A stretch of 64,000 nt of DNA from a virus (Duplodnaviria > Caudoviricetes): IMG/VR virus record IMGVR_UViG_3300028591_000109, positions 77,568 through 141,567 of that record; one strand, 5' to 3'. This document shows, piece after piece, positions 48,774 to 59,079 of this stretch (its first letter is position 1; each line of letters begins with the position of its first letter). Below the pieces are notes generated by a model, which did no database searches, had not been told where the DNA came from, and saw only the letters and a list, made by a program, of their open reading frames with translations. The translations under genes and the position numbers were made by a program.

Positions 48774-50168
48774 TCACGCCGCTGCCCGATAGTGTTTCAG
48801 CAGCGCCTCTCGCAGTCTTTCGGCAAACGTCGGCTCCGCCTGTTCCGTGTGCTGCGGTATCTCCGCAGCCCTCGCCTGCTTAGCCGCCTCCGTCCGTGCC
48901 CTCACTGCCGTACCCATCAGGTCGCGTATCTCAGCGTCGCAGCCCAGCAGCTGATACACCTCGGCAAGTATCTCGGCCTTCGTCTTCACGCTGCCGGTAA
49001 ACATATCCATCTGACCGCTGGCCGAAGCCTGTGCATGGTGGTTATAGATGGCCAGCACCTTCTTCAGCCGTGTCGAGCGCTTATCGTTCAGCAGGTCACT
49101 AATCAGCAGCATCGCCCCGTCGGTCATGTCGGCCACGGTCTGCTCGTCGCCGAACATCGTCATCTGGCGGGCAAAGCCACTCACGCGGTCGCCCTCATGG
49201 TAGCCGCCCGTCCTGCGGCTGACATACACCAGCCGGATAGCCTTTGCCATCTCCTGCTCCAGCGAATAGTCAGGACCCAGACAGATGCTGTTCACCACCT
49301 CGGCCAGCGCCGTGATGATAATCTTGCGCATAGAGCGTACAGAGGTCGTCTGCCTTACAGCATCGGGATTCCGCTCGAAAGCCTTACCGATAAGCAGGTT
49401 CTCTATCACCTCCTGACCGGCATCGCTCAGCCGGTCGCCGTCCGTCATCTCGGCCATCTGCACCTGACTGAGCACGCCCTCCGTCACCATGTCCTTTACC
49501 ACGTCGAGCGCAGCCCTCGCGTCGCCGTAGAACTCGCCCAGCGTGTCATACTGGTTGATGGTGCGGCACACCCTGTGGAACAGCTCGTCAGTCACCAGCT
49601 TGCCCATCTTCACCGCCTGCTCCGTCTTACTCATCGACTTCATCTCCTGAGCATTGAAGCGGGCAAAGGTCTCTGTGGTATAGGGCGGTGTCTGGAACAC
49701 CTCGAACACCACGCGGGGGTGGCGCATCGTCTTTACCCATGCCATCGTGAACCCGAACTGCTCCGGGTACTTGCAGAGATAGTCCACATAGTCGGTGTCC
49801 GTGCCCCACTGTGCGGCCAGGTCGCCTGCCATCGTGCGTCCGTTACCGCTGAGCACGATGCCGTCCCGTGTCACCACCACCGCCGTCTGCAGCGCCCGCT
49901 GGTCGTAGTGCTCGGCTATACGCTCCGTCACCTGCTGCGCCTCACGGTCGTGCTCATAGTCGCGGTCGTTCACCGTCTGACCGTTCTGGTCGGTGGGAAA
50001 TCCCTCACTCTTCTGCCAGCCCCTGAAGGGGTCGTGGCTCGCCGTAGCACTGCCCGCCTCTATCAGCTTATAGGCACCACGGATGCGTGTACCGTCGGCC
50101 AGCGTCAGCTCATTCGTCAGTCCGTTGTAGCCGAAGCCCCGCTTGTAGCGTTCTGTAATCTGTTTCAT
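48774..50168 (-). CDS. DdrB-like ParB-superfamily domain protein
   Basis: ASHD, NDRDY, DGIVLSGNGRTMA. Confidence 0.7.
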   Translation of the reverse strand: MKQITERYKRGFGYNGLTNELTLADGTRIRGAYKLIEAGSATASHDPFRGWQKSEGFPTDQNGQTVNDRDYEHDREAQQVTERIAEHYDQRALQTAVVVTRDGIVLSGNGRTMAGDLAAQWGTDTDYVDYLCKYPEQFGFTMAWVKTMRHPRVVFEVFQTPPYTTETFARFNAQEMKSMSKTEQAVKMGKLVTDELFHRVCRTINQYDTLGEFYGDARAALDVVKDMVTEGVLSQVQMAEMTDGDRLSDAGQEVIENLLIGKAFERNPDAVRQTTSVRSMRKIIITALAEVVNSICLGPDYSLEQEMAKAIRLVYVSRRTGGYHEGDRVSGFARQMTMFGDEQTVADMTDGAMLLISDLLNDKRSTRLKKVLAIYNHHAQASASGQMDMFTGSVKTKAEILAEVYQLLGCDAEIRDLMGTAVRARTEAAKQARAAEIPQHTEQAEPTFAERLREALLKHYRAAA

Positions 50169-50171
50169 AGT

Positions 50172-50405
50172 TCACTGCTTATTAGTCGTTCTACGTTTAC
50201 GTTTCAACATCGACACATCGAAGAGCACCGCCCTCCGCTTGTCCGAGAGAGTAGCCTGCCTGGCAGGCACAGCATCCTCGTGCCGCCGCCATGCCATCAC
50301 CAGCAACCCTCCGAAAAGGTCGCGGGCAAAGCACAGCCACGGCTCATCCTTCAGCACCACCATCTGTCCGTGCCGCAGACATCGCATGATAGTCCGTGAT
50401 GTCAT
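50172..50405 (-). CDS. Hypothetical protein
   Basis: 77 aa. Confidence 0.45.
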   Translation of the reverse strand: MTSRTIMRCLRHGQMVVLKDEPWLCFARDLFGGLLVMAWRRHEDAVPARQATLSDKRRAVLFDVSMLKRKRRTTNKQ

Positions 50406-50666
50406 AGTTGTATATCTTTTAGTTTAAAGTTTCAAGTAAAAACGACCACCGCGTCATCCCGACGCAGCAGCCGCAATCAACATTCAAAATCAATTCGCCT
50501 GGCCAGAGCACCTGACACAGGCTTTACAAGTTATGAAAACGTGTTAGATGTCTGATGGCTGATGGCTGAAGGCTGACATCTTACATCTTCCATCTTACAT
50601 CATCCATCGTAGTTAGTGCCCCGCATCCGCATCGAAGGGTAGGTTAATCCGTGCGGGGCTGATAGG

Positions 50667-51113
50667 TTACAACATCAGCATCACGTCGTCGGCATCATAC
50701 TCGTCCAGATACCAGCCTTCCGGCAGGTCGTTGTCCTCGCCATACTCCTCCAGCAGGTCAATAATCTTCGAGTCGTCGATGCCCGTCGCCGGTGCATTGT
50801 GCTGCTTGTAGTTCTTGTTCACCTGTGCCCGCAGGATAGCCAGGTCGTCCTCGTCCATCTGACTGCGGGCATAGAGCACCGCACCCTTGAACGTCATCGA
50901 CCATTGCTCCAGCAGTTGCTCCTTCGGGTCGTCGCTGCACTCGCTCACATCCTCAAACTCGTGGCTGATATAGTGCCCGTCCCTGACGTACTGCCACGGG
51001 TCATCGCTTATCCAGTTCTGGGCGATAGTCTTCGCCTGTTCCTCACTCTCCGCATCCACCTCGATGCGGCACGACATGGTGATATCCACATCCACATTAA
51101 ATCTCTTCTTCAT
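50667..51113 (-). CDS. Acidic protein with DpnD/PcfM-like N-terminus
   Basis: FNVDVDIT..IEVDAESEEQA. Confidence 0.6.
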   Translation of the reverse strand: MKKRFNVDVDITMSCRIEVDAESEEQAKTIAQNWISDDPWQYVRDGHYISHEFEDVSECSDDPKEQLLEQWSMTFKGAVLYARSQMDEDDLAILRAQVNKNYKQHNAPATGIDDSKIIDLLEEYGEDNDLPEGWYLDEYDADDVMLML

Positions 51114-51128
51114 AGTCGTTACTCTGTT

Positions 51129-51521
51129 TTAATGTTCCGTCTCAAAATAAAAACTCACAATCAGCGAATGGTCTCTCACCTCGGTCTCTACCACGAGGTC
51201 GGGGTTGTCGTCGCACTGCCACGCCTTGAACGTGTCGGCGGCGGCAGCAAACACCTCCTTGCGCACCTCGTCGAAGTCCTCCTGCGGTGCAGCGGCCAGC
51301 ACGTTGATGACCACCATGTGCTCGCCGTAGTGCCACTTGGCTTCGATGATAGCACCGCCCACCTCACTGCCCCACTCCCTGTGGTAGCCTATCAGGTGGC
51401 GCATACCACGCTTGCGGTGGTCGCTCGCTGCATAGAGGTCCTGAAATACATCGTCCTCAAACCCGTCCTCCATCAGGTTCTTGTTGTCGATAGGTGCCTC
51501 GCACCTGAATTTCTTTCCCAT
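51129..51521 (-). CDS. Hypothetical protein
   Basis: 130 aa. Confidence 0.6.
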   Translation of the reverse strand: MGKKFRCEAPIDNKNLMEDGFEDDVFQDLYAASDHRKRGMRHLIGYHREWGSEVGGAIIEAKWHYGEHMVVINVLAAAPQEDFDEVRKEVFAAAADTFKAWQCDDNPDLVVETEVRDHSLIVSFYFETEH

Positions 51522-51526
51522 AGTCG

Positions 51527-52132
51527 TTACTTTTCAATGTCATACAAATCCACTCCCAGCTCGTCGGCCACAGCCGTGAGCGCCGTGTGATTCCAGTGGT
51601 GCTCACAGAACACCTCGCTGCACTTCACAATCACCTCCTCCGTGATGTCCTCGATAGAGGCGTAGGCTTCCGTGTTCGCCGGACTGTCATACTGCTCTGC
51701 CAGCGCAGCGTTCACGCTGATAAGATCCTCGATGCTCACCATCTCCGCCGCATCGTCAAGCACATGGCGCAGCGTGCGGTTCATCCATCTTACGGCGGCT
51801 TCCTCGCTGCCCAGATACTCATGCTCGTGGAAGAACCTGCCACCGTCGAGCACCGACCGCTCCGACGTATCGACATGCACGATGCAACGGATAATCCTGT
51901 CGCCGCGCTGGCGGCTCTTGATCCTCACGTCCGGCCACGCCTCGCTCACCAACTGTTCCAGTTCCTCCTCATAGAAACCGCTGGCATAGTTCTCCGCCTC
52001 TCCGTCGCTCCAATGCACCAGCAGCGAATAGCCGCCACCTCCAAGTTGACGGCGCACCTCCAACTTTGCGCCATACTCCTTCAGGTTCTCGTTGGCCTTT
52101 TCCAGGGCGGCCTCCCATGTTTTCTTTGCCAT
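51527..52132 (-). CDS. Hypothetical protein
   Basis: 201 aa. Confidence 0.65.
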   Translation of the reverse strand: MAKKTWEAALEKANENLKEYGAKLEVRRQLGGGGYSLLVHWSDGEAENYASGFYEEELEQLVSEAWPDVRIKSRQRGDRIIRCIVHVDTSERSVLDGGRFFHEHEYLGSEEAAVRWMNRTLRHVLDDAAEMVSIEDLISVNAALAEQYDSPANTEAYASIEDITEEVIVKCSEVFCEHHWNHTALTAVADELGVDLYDIEK

Positions 52133-52153
52133 AGTCGTTACTCGTTTTAATAG

Positions 52154-52543
52154 TTATGCCCATTTGCATTTCCCGTTCCTGACCGTTCCGTGGTCGCAGC
52201 CTGAATCGGGCCAGATTTTAATCACGGAGCCGTCGGCCAGGTAAGGCGCGATTACCTCGAAGGCATCCATCATAAGACTTTCCCAGCCATAGGAGGCATC
52301 GAAGTCGGCATACTCCCAGTCGTCGGTGGTCGAAGGTTCCAACTTTCCCTTCCAGCCGCCGAAGAATATGCCCATCAGGTCGTGCAGGTTGTCGGTAGAC
52401 AGACCAAGCTCACCCGTAAAGTGGTCAAGGTTGTAGTTGACACGTTCCTCTTCATGCCTGCCGAGCTTCGCCTGCAGCGCTTTCTTTGCGCCGTCCTCGT
52501 CAGTGAATCTCGCTTTGATTTCCACAGAATAACATTGTCCCAT
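52154..52543 (-). CDS. Hypothetical protein
   Basis: FDASYGWE motif. Confidence 0.65.
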   Translation of the reverse strand: MGQCYSVEIKARFTDEDGAKKALQAKLGRHEEERVNYNLDHFTGELGLSTDNLHDLMGIFFGGWKGKLEPSTTDDWEYADFDASYGWESLMMDAFEVIAPYLADGSVIKIWPDSGCDHGTVRNGKCKWA

Positions 52544-52558
52544 AATTCGTTATTCGTT

Positions 52559-53419
52559 TTAGTTCGTCATAAATTCAATCGCACTCTTGATATCGTCGCG
52601 CAGTGTGTCGCGCTTCACCTTGTAGCTGTGCTCACCGGCCAGCGGTGTGCGGCAGCAGAGCGTCACTATGCCGTGGTTGCTCTTCGAGAAGGTCAGCGAG
52701 CCGTAGCCGTCCACCACGATAGCCTCGTAGCAGGGGATGTTGCCCTCACACTGGCGGCGGCCCGTCTGGATGTTGATGCCGAGCTTCGGGAACAGCTCAC
52801 GCGCCATCTGCAGAGCAGCGTCCAGCGTGAAGTCGTCGTAGCGGTACGACGTATCCATCTTTGCCCTGTAGGTCTCGTGCAGCAGATAGACACCCTTCGG
52901 CGGGCGGTTGCTCGTGTCGTAGCAGTAGTGGTGATAGTGGTCCACCATCTCCTCCCACGACATCACCCTGTCGGGGTACTCATACACCATGCTCCGCACG
53001 TCGTTGCGTCCGAACAGCCCGCAGTTGCCCGGCCAACTGGTGCGGAAGTAGAGGTTGGTGTTCAGGTCCAGCTCGTTCAGGCAGTCCTGCAATCCCAGAT
53101 AGTGCGGGTGTGCATTCCTCACCAGCTGGCGCAGTCCCTCGAAGTCGCGAGCCTTATAGAGCCGATTGTACTCGTCGGCACTGATGTTCAGCCGCTCATA
53201 GATAATCACCTTCGACTCGTTGCCGTAGGTGCCGTGCAGCACGGCATACTTCAGCTCGTAGTCCTCGCAGATGCGCTTCACCTCCTGCCAGTCCACCAGC
53301 TGCATGTTCTCGCGGTACAGCCCCACGCTGTCGCTGCTGTAGTCGATAGACGGCATATCCTCAAAGTAGTTGCCGTCGTAGCGCGTTTCCTCGCGCTGGC
53401 TGAATAATGTCTTTGCCAT
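52559..53419 (-). CDS. Hypothetical protein
   Basis: 286 aa. Confidence 0.65.
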   Translation of the reverse strand: MAKTLFSQREETRYDGNYFEDMPSIDYSSDSVGLYRENMQLVDWQEVKRICEDYELKYAVLHGTYGNESKVIIYERLNISADEYNRLYKARDFEGLRQLVRNAHPHYLGLQDCLNELDLNTNLYFRTSWPGNCGLFGRNDVRSMVYEYPDRVMSWEEMVDHYHHYCYDTSNRPPKGVYLLHETYRAKMDTSYRYDDFTLDAALQMARELFPKLGINIQTGRRQCEGNIPCYEAIVVDGYGSLTFSKSNHGIVTLCCRTPLAGEHSYKVKRDTLRDDIKSAIEFMTN

Positions 53420-53432
53420 GGTCGTTACGCTG

Positions 53433-53954
53433 TTAGAGTGTCACTATCAAGTCAGCAATATTAAATGCGTTGTAGGTGTAAGGCCATCGTGCGTCGTGGT
53501 CGCTGCACAGGCTGACGAACACCCGGAAGCCCTCACGCTCGAAATATCCGCCCAGGTCAAGCAGTTCCTCACGGTTATACAGATAATCCTTGCGCCAGAA
53601 CTGCGTATCATCAACGTCCACATACTGCCAGTCCGACTCAACCGAATGGCTGCCGCCATTCTTTAAGAACTGTGCATAGTGCTTGCCGTTGCGATAGGTG
53701 ATGCCCACGCAGTCAGCGCACCCTGCACTCGACAGGCGATAGCCGTCGTTGTGAAGAACGCCTTCTTCAATCTCACGCGCTGCCTTACGTCCGTCCTCGT
53801 AATTGCGATAGTGATGTCTCAATGTAAAGAACACCTCACGTTTGCCGCTCCTTATCTCGTTGATAACATGCTCCCGTCTTGTAAGGAAGCTCTTTGTATT
53901 CTCCTTGCACTGCTGCATAATCTCACTGCGCAGCTCGTCTGCTAATGTTGCCAT
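53433..53954 (-). CDS. Hypothetical protein
   Basis: 173 aa. Confidence 0.6.
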   Translation of the reverse strand: MATLADELRSEIMQQCKENTKSFLTRREHVINEIRSGKREVFFTLRHHYRNYEDGRKAAREIEEGVLHNDGYRLSSAGCADCVGITYRNGKHYAQFLKNGGSHSVESDWQYVDVDDTQFWRKDYLYNREELLDLGGYFEREGFRVFVSLCSDHDARWPYTYNAFNIADLIVTL

Positions 53955-54072
53955 AGTCTTGAATAATTTTTAATCAAATTTTTAACCAATTTCTCGCGAA
54001 GCGACCACACCCACAAGGGCAGTAGCCGCGCCGCAAAATTCTTCACTCTTCACTCTTCACTCTTCACTTCCA

Positions 54073-55143
54073 TCACGCCGCCATCGGCATAGGCAGCATC
54101 AGCGGGTGCATCGCCTTGTTCACCTCGTCGTACTTTCTGAGGAAGTAGTTCGTGGCCTTCTGCACATGGTCGATGACCTGCGGAATGAAGTCCTTGTCGT
54201 CGCGGATAGCCTGGCGCCAGTTCTGCACGTATGCAATGTGCTGCTCGTCGAGCAGCCTGCCGATGCCGAGCATCGAGCAGACGCACGCCGCCGTCAGCTC
54301 CGCCACGAACTCCTCACGGGCATAGCCCTCAGAGCCGAAGCCCCCGCCGCCCATGTCGCGCTTCAACTCGCCCGCCGTAGAGTGCGCCATCTCGTGAATA
54401 GCCGTCGAATAGAACAGCTGGTCGCCCAGGAAGTGGCTGCGCTCCGGCAGACGGATGATATCCTCCGAGGGCGAATAGTGCGATGAATGACCGCCAAACT
54501 TGATAGCGCAGCGCCACTCGCCCTGCATGATCATCCGCTCCAGCACCTCGTCCTTGGTGCCAGCCTTATAGTCGTGCTCAGGCAGACGGGTCAGCTCCTC
54601 CCACTTCTCAGGGAACTTCGCCTTGAAGTCCGTCTGCGAAAGGTTGAACTCCGGAAAGGTCTTAGGTCGGAAGTGCGTGTTCACACGCTCCTTGTCCTCG
54701 TCGTCCAGCTCGTCATATTCCTTCTGCGTCAGTTTCTTGTGATCCAGATAGTAGGTGGGCAGTTTTTTCACTACGGGGAAGCTGCTCTCAAACCTCGGCA
54801 TCCCGTTGTCCTTCAGCACCACGTTGCCCTCCTCGTCCGTCATCATATTGAGCGATAGCCCCATGTCGGTAAGTTGCTCGAACTTCATAAACATCGGCAC
54901 TTCCCATCCTCTCACTGCGCACAGCAGCGTCAGGAAGAAGTCGTTGATTCCTCTGTACGGCTTGCGCCACTTATAGTTCATCGGCGACCCGTGTCGGGGT
55001 GCCACCCACGGCTTCGTCCACTGCGCATCCTCCATCTGGTCGAGTGCGCTGGTAAACAGTTCGGCATACTTCGCCTTCTGCTTGTCGTTCATCTGGAAGC
55101 CCCGCTTCTTCTGCTGGCCTCCGTCGTTTCTTTTTGTTGCCAT
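54073..55143 (-). CDS. ardC: ArdC-family antirestriction protein (ssDNA-binding + zincin-like domain)
   Basis: WTKPW, PYRGIN, YSPSEDIIRLP, HEMAHST, YAREEFVAEL. Confidence 0.85.
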   Translation of the reverse strand: MATKRNDGGQQKKRGFQMNDKQKAKYAELFTSALDQMEDAQWTKPWVAPRHGSPMNYKWRKPYRGINDFFLTLLCAVRGWEVPMFMKFEQLTDMGLSLNMMTDEEGNVVLKDNGMPRFESSFPVVKKLPTYYLDHKKLTQKEYDELDDEDKERVNTHFRPKTFPEFNLSQTDFKAKFPEKWEELTRLPEHDYKAGTKDEVLERMIMQGEWRCAIKFGGHSSHYSPSEDIIRLPERSHFLGDQLFYSTAIHEMAHSTAGELKRDMGGGGFGSEGYAREEFVAELTAACVCSMLGIGRLLDEQHIAYVQNWRQAIRDDKDFIPQVIDHVQKATNYFLRKYDEVNKAMHPLMLPMPMAA

Positions 55144-55173
55144 AGTTGTAAATTGATTTTTGATTGTTGATAC

Positions 55174-55212
55174 TAAAAACAGACGGCACAGACCTTGTGA
55201 GTCCGTGCCGTC
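55174..55212 (-). terminator. Intrinsic terminator
   Basis: GACGGCAC...GTGCCGTC stem followed by TGTTTTT on the minus strand. Confidence 0.65.
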
Positions 55213-55234
55213 CGCACTTGATAGATAGTAAGTG

Positions 55235-55651
55235 TTAGATGCTGAACGTGAACCTCACGCCACCCTCGCCGTCTGGCTCCAGCAGGAACCGTCCGAAGCA
55301 GATAAGGTCCATGCCGATAATGAAGTCAGGATTGTCGGCCTTGTGAGCCACGGCCTGCACATGAGCCTGTCTGCCGTTGGGGAACGTGACGAGCACCCAG
55401 TAGGCTTTCGTCTTACGCGCCTTGCCGTCGGCATAGGTCTCAGTCACCGCCTTGGGATTCTTCAGGCGCAGCAGCTTCACCATGCGCCGCGATATGCCTG
55501 AGTTCTGGGCTCCCGTGTCCCACACGGCCACACCCTCCTCCTTCGGCTCACCTTTAAGGGAGGATAGGCTTACCGGTGTGCGGATCCAGGAATGCGGCTG
55601 TATGCCGTCTGCCGTAGCTATCAACGAATAGTCCTTTTTCGTTTTCTTCAT
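55235..55651 (-). CDS. Retropepsin-like aspartic protease
   Basis: AVWDTGA and DFIIGMDLI; TATCTTTG promoter at 55721-55728. Confidence 0.85.
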   Translation of the reverse strand: MKKTKKDYSLIATADGIQPHSWIRTPVSLSSLKGEPKEEGVAVWDTGAQNSGISRRMVKLLRLKNPKAVTETYADGKARKTKAYWVLVTFPNGRQAHVQAVAHKADNPDFIIGMDLICFGRFLLEPDGEGGVRFTFSI

Positions 55652-55799
55652 CTCGCTTTACTTCGATAGTTAAATTCATACTCTGTTCCATAACTCACTC
55701 GCTTTAGATGATTACGAGTGCAAAGATACGAATTTTCAAGCGAAGAGCGAAGGGCGGTAGCAAATTCTTCACTCTTAATTCTTCACTCTTCACTTAACA

Positions 55800-57047
55800 T
55801 CACGCCGCCATAGCATCCACGATAGCCATTGCCTCCTTGTCGCCGGCAATCACACGGCGCATCAGGTCGGCCACCTCTGCCTCGGTATAGGTCTTGCCCT
55901 GCGGCTTGGTCTCCTGCGTCCTGCCTTCATGCTCCTGGCGATAGGCCTCGCGCTTCTGCTTCCACTCCTCGCGCTTCTGGGCACGCTCCTCGGTGGCGCG
56001 GTCCACCACGGCCTGACAGTCGGCCACGGTCTTTCCCTCGTTCAGCATCTGGCATACCGTCTTGGCCACCTCCGCATAGCGGGGGCCGAACAGCAGGAAG
56101 TTCACGCGCCCCTGCTTCGTGTTCTCGTAGGTAGCCGAGCCGTGCAGACTGACGGCTGCCTCCTTCTGATAGGCGGCATCCGTCTCAGCAAACCCGCTCA
56201 CTTTGGCGCACGTCTTACCCTTGACGTTCGTATAGGTCGAGTAGGTCAGCTTGCCCGCTTTGGTTTCAGGCTCCTGCGGCTGCGGCTGCTTGCGCTTCAG
56301 CGTCACCTTGGGCTTCTCTGCCTTTGGCTTAGGCTCCGGCTCCATCTTGCCCTGCGGGCGAGATGACTCACGCTCGGCAGAACCTGAACGAGTTCCGCTC
56401 TGCTCTCGCTCACTCGTCATCTTCACCGTCTTGGCCTTCGGCTCCTCGGCCTTCTGACTTCCGCCATCAGCCTTCTTATCGGCAGGCTCCTGCGTGCCGT
56501 CGCTCACAGTCCAGCCGCCTTGCAGCAGTTTCTCCACCTGGGCCACACCCATAGTCATAGGCTTGCCCTCGCTGTCGCCCATCTGGAACGTCACGCTCAC
56601 CTTGTCGCCCTCGATGCTGTTGATTGTGTACTTGGCGTTACCGCCGTTGCTGATACTCTTGCCGATAAGGTCGGTCACCTTCATTGTCTCGTTAGTCATA
56701 ACTTTGTCCTCCGAATTGTTTTGATTGTTGTCACTTGAATTACTTGTATCACTCTCGCCTGGCTTGCGCTTAGGCCCTGGCGGCGGGTCCAGTTGGTCGC
56801 AGATAGCGACACGCTTGCCTGCCCTTATCAGCTTGGGCAGATAGGTGTCGAGTGCATGGTGGGGAAATCCCGCCATAGCCACCCCGTCGCTCTGACGCTT
56901 AGTGAGCGTGATGCCCAGCACCTTGGCGCACTCCTTAGCATCTTCCTCATACGTCTCATAGAAGTCGCCGCAGCGGAAGAGCAGCATCGCGTCGGGATGC
57001 TTGCTCTTCAGGTCGCGGTATTGCTTTTGCATAGCCTCGTTTGCCAT
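55800..57047 (-). CDS. MutS domain-I protein (stand-alone mismatch-binding domain plus unrelated C-terminus)
   Basis: [39 protein letters not shown]; no ATPase domain. Confidence 0.85.
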   Translation of the reverse strand: MANEAMQKQYRDLKSKHPDAMLLFRCGDFYETYEEDAKECAKVLGITLTKRQSDGVAMAGFPHHALDTYLPKLIRAGKRVAICDQLDPPPGPKRKPGESDTSNSSDNNQNNSEDKVMTNETMKVTDLIGKSISNGGNAKYTINSIEGDKVSVTFQMGDSEGKPMTMGVAQVEKLLQGGWTVSDGTQEPADKKADGGSQKAEEPKAKTVKMTSEREQSGTRSGSAERESSRPQGKMEPEPKPKAEKPKVTLKRKQPQPQEPETKAGKLTYSTYTNVKGKTCAKVSGFAETDAAYQKEAAVSLHGSATYENTKQGRVNFLLFGPRYAEVAKTVCQMLNEGKTVADCQAVVDRATEERAQKREEWKQKREAYRQEHEGRTQETKPQGKTYTEAEVADLMRRVIAGDKEAMAIVDAMAA

Positions 57048-57060
57048 AGTCATGTCCTCC

Positions 57061-57552
57061 TTATGCTACTTTAGTCGGTTTGACATCCAGTTCCACTTCG
57101 CCCCACCAGCCTTCCACGCTGCGCATCTCGTCCTCGTAGAGCTTGCTTAGACAGGTGAAGAACAGCTCCGCCACCGCACGGTGGGCGGCCTCGTTCTCAA
57201 TCTGATAGAGCACGCTCCGGAAGAAGTTCCACATCGACTTGCGGAACGTCGGCTTGTCCATCACGTCAGCCACCTTCGTGCAGATGATGCCCATCTTATA
57301 GCCCTCGGTATAGATGAGCGCACCCATCTTGCGATAGTCCTCAAACACATCGTCCAGCGGCTCCTCCTCCGGCATCTCGTTGTCGCCATACTGCTCGTTC
57401 ACGCTCAGCACATTCAGCGCATAGGCGTGCTCAAACTCCTGGCGCACGTTGTCAACAAACCACTTGTGGCTGTCACGCTTTGCTTCCTCGAAGCCACACA
57501 TCAGGCCAGCGGCCTTGATAAATTCCTGTTTCGATACAATAAAACTGCTCAT
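57061..57552 (-). CDS. Hypothetical protein
   Basis: [14 protein letters not shown]. Confidence 0.65.
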   Translation of the reverse strand: MSSFIVSKQEFIKAAGLMCGFEEAKRDSHKWFVDNVRQEFEHAYALNVLSVNEQYGDNEMPEEEPLDDVFEDYRKMGALIYTEGYKMGIICTKVADVMDKPTFRKSMWNFFRSVLYQIENEAAHRAVAELFFTCLSKLYEDEMRSVEGWWGEVELDVKPTKVA

Positions 57553-57619
57553 AGTCTCGAATAATTTTCAGTCCAATTTTTAGTTAATTTCTGCCCTGCA
57601 AAGGGCATCCCATAGATAG

Positions 57620-58204
57620 TCACGCCGCCTCGCGCAGTTCCTCCTCGCCCTCATAGACCACCCAGTCGAATGACTCGTAGCATCCCCACCAGTTTTCGAG
57701 GTTGTCCAGCGTGTCGTACTTCTCCAGGAACTCGCTCCACGTGTGGTAGCCCTCCTTGTAGTACGTGCTGCCACGCTCCGCATAGTCCCACAGATAGCCG
57801 TCCTCGCGGGCAAGGTCACAGATGTCGTCCAGATAGCTGTCGAAGAACAGGCTCGCCGAATGTTGGCTGATGCCGAACGAGTTCTGATAGTCGCTCTCAT
57901 ACAACGAGTTGAGCACCACCTCACTACGCAGCCGTGCCAGATCTTCGCGGGTGAAGTCCTCCAGCCGCTTGATCCTCGTCAGGTCGCGCAGTTCCACCTC
58001 CATGGTCTCGCCCATAGTGGTCTTCATCGTCACCACCGCACACCACTTGTCGGCCTTGCAGTAACGACCCGTATAGGGGTCACGCGGGTTGCCCGTCACC
58101 CGTCCGGCACGCTTCTCCGTACCGATAGGGTTGCCCCACCAGTTTTCAATCGTCCGCTCGTGACACACGAAGTCACCCTTGCGGATAGTCAGTACGTTTG
58201 CCAT
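57620..58204 (-). CDS. Hypothetical protein
   Basis: Start MANVL in GACTATG context. Confidence 0.65.
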   Translation of the reverse strand: MANVLTIRKGDFVCHERTIENWWGNPIGTEKRAGRVTGNPRDPYTGRYCKADKWCAVVTMKTTMGETMEVELRDLTRIKRLEDFTREDLARLRSEVVLNSLYESDYQNSFGISQHSASLFFDSYLDDICDLAREDGYLWDYAERGSTYYKEGYHTWSEFLEKYDTLDNLENWWGCYESFDWVVYEGEEELREAA

Positions 58205-58208
58205 AGTC

Positions 58209-58931
58209 TCACGCTGTTTCAAGTTCCTCGATATTCCCACGGAAACGCTTGCCGTCGGCATAGAACAGGTCGCCCTCGTAGCGGTTCGCCAGTTCCTCCT
58301 CCACGCAGTTGTCCTTGTTGTCGCCATAGGCGTTGTACTCGCTCTCCCACTCGTCGAAGAACTTCTCCAGACAGTCGTCCATCAGGTCTTCGAGCGAATA
58401 GTCCTCCGAATACTTGCCGCGATGATAGTTCAGGTAGAAGTCCACGATAGGCTCCACCAGTGCGCAGTCCGTACACACTCCAGTCCACGGGCACCATCCG
58501 CCGGTGATAGGCTCCTTGATGATGCGCGAACGGCGCTCAGTCTTGCCACGGCCTGCATACAATATGCGGTTCTTCTTGTCCCAACTGAGCGACTGCCATT
58601 CGCCACGTCGGTTGTCACGTACAAACCGATAGCACCACCGCCACAGCAACCTACCCTTGCAGTCCTCCGGCTCGATGGGATAGTCGTAGGTACCCATCAC
58701 ATGATAGTCGGGGTTGTCACGACGGAAGTGGTGTTCGTAATAGCCCACCTCCCAGCCACGCGCACCGAAGCCCGTAGCACTCTTGAACGCCTCCAGCGAC
58801 GCCTCATACTCGCTGGCATTGCATTCCATCACGTCGTTCATCACGTCGAAGCACTTGCGCTCCACGATTTTCTTGCGTACATCGTCGGCCAGTTCGCCGA
58901 ACTCGTACAGTTTGATAGTCACAGTTTTCAT
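58209..58931 (-). CDS. Conserved phage hypothetical protein (LYEFGEL..., CPWTGVCTD)
   Basis: 240 aa. Confidence 0.7.
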   Translation of the reverse strand: MKTVTIKLYEFGELADDVRKKIVERKCFDVMNDVMECNASEYEASLEAFKSATGFGARGWEVGYYEHHFRRDNPDYHVMGTYDYPIEPEDCKGRLLWRWCYRFVRDNRRGEWQSLSWDKKNRILYAGRGKTERRSRIIKEPITGGWCPWTGVCTDCALVEPIVDFYLNYHRGKYSEDYSLEDLMDDCLEKFFDEWESEYNAYGDNKDNCVEEELANRYEGDLFYADGKRFRGNIEELETA

Positions 58932-59079
58932 TGTCTTATGCTGCTTTGCGATAGGCCAGCATCTGACCTATCGGGGTTTCGATACTCTCGTTGATACTCA
59001 CGTTGTACGCATAGGCCAGTGCCTTGCGAGTCTTGTTGATGTTGATAGTCTTTGCCATAATTGTTTCTGATTTTTGTTT

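Noticed and set aside
48657-50399. Long plus-strand ORFs here and at 52382-53407, 5993-6988 and 61885-62874
   Set aside because: Antisense shadows of GC-rich minus-strand genes, with no motifs or start context.
55800-57047. Host mutS gene
   Set aside because: Only domain I is present; there are no ATPase or clamp domains.
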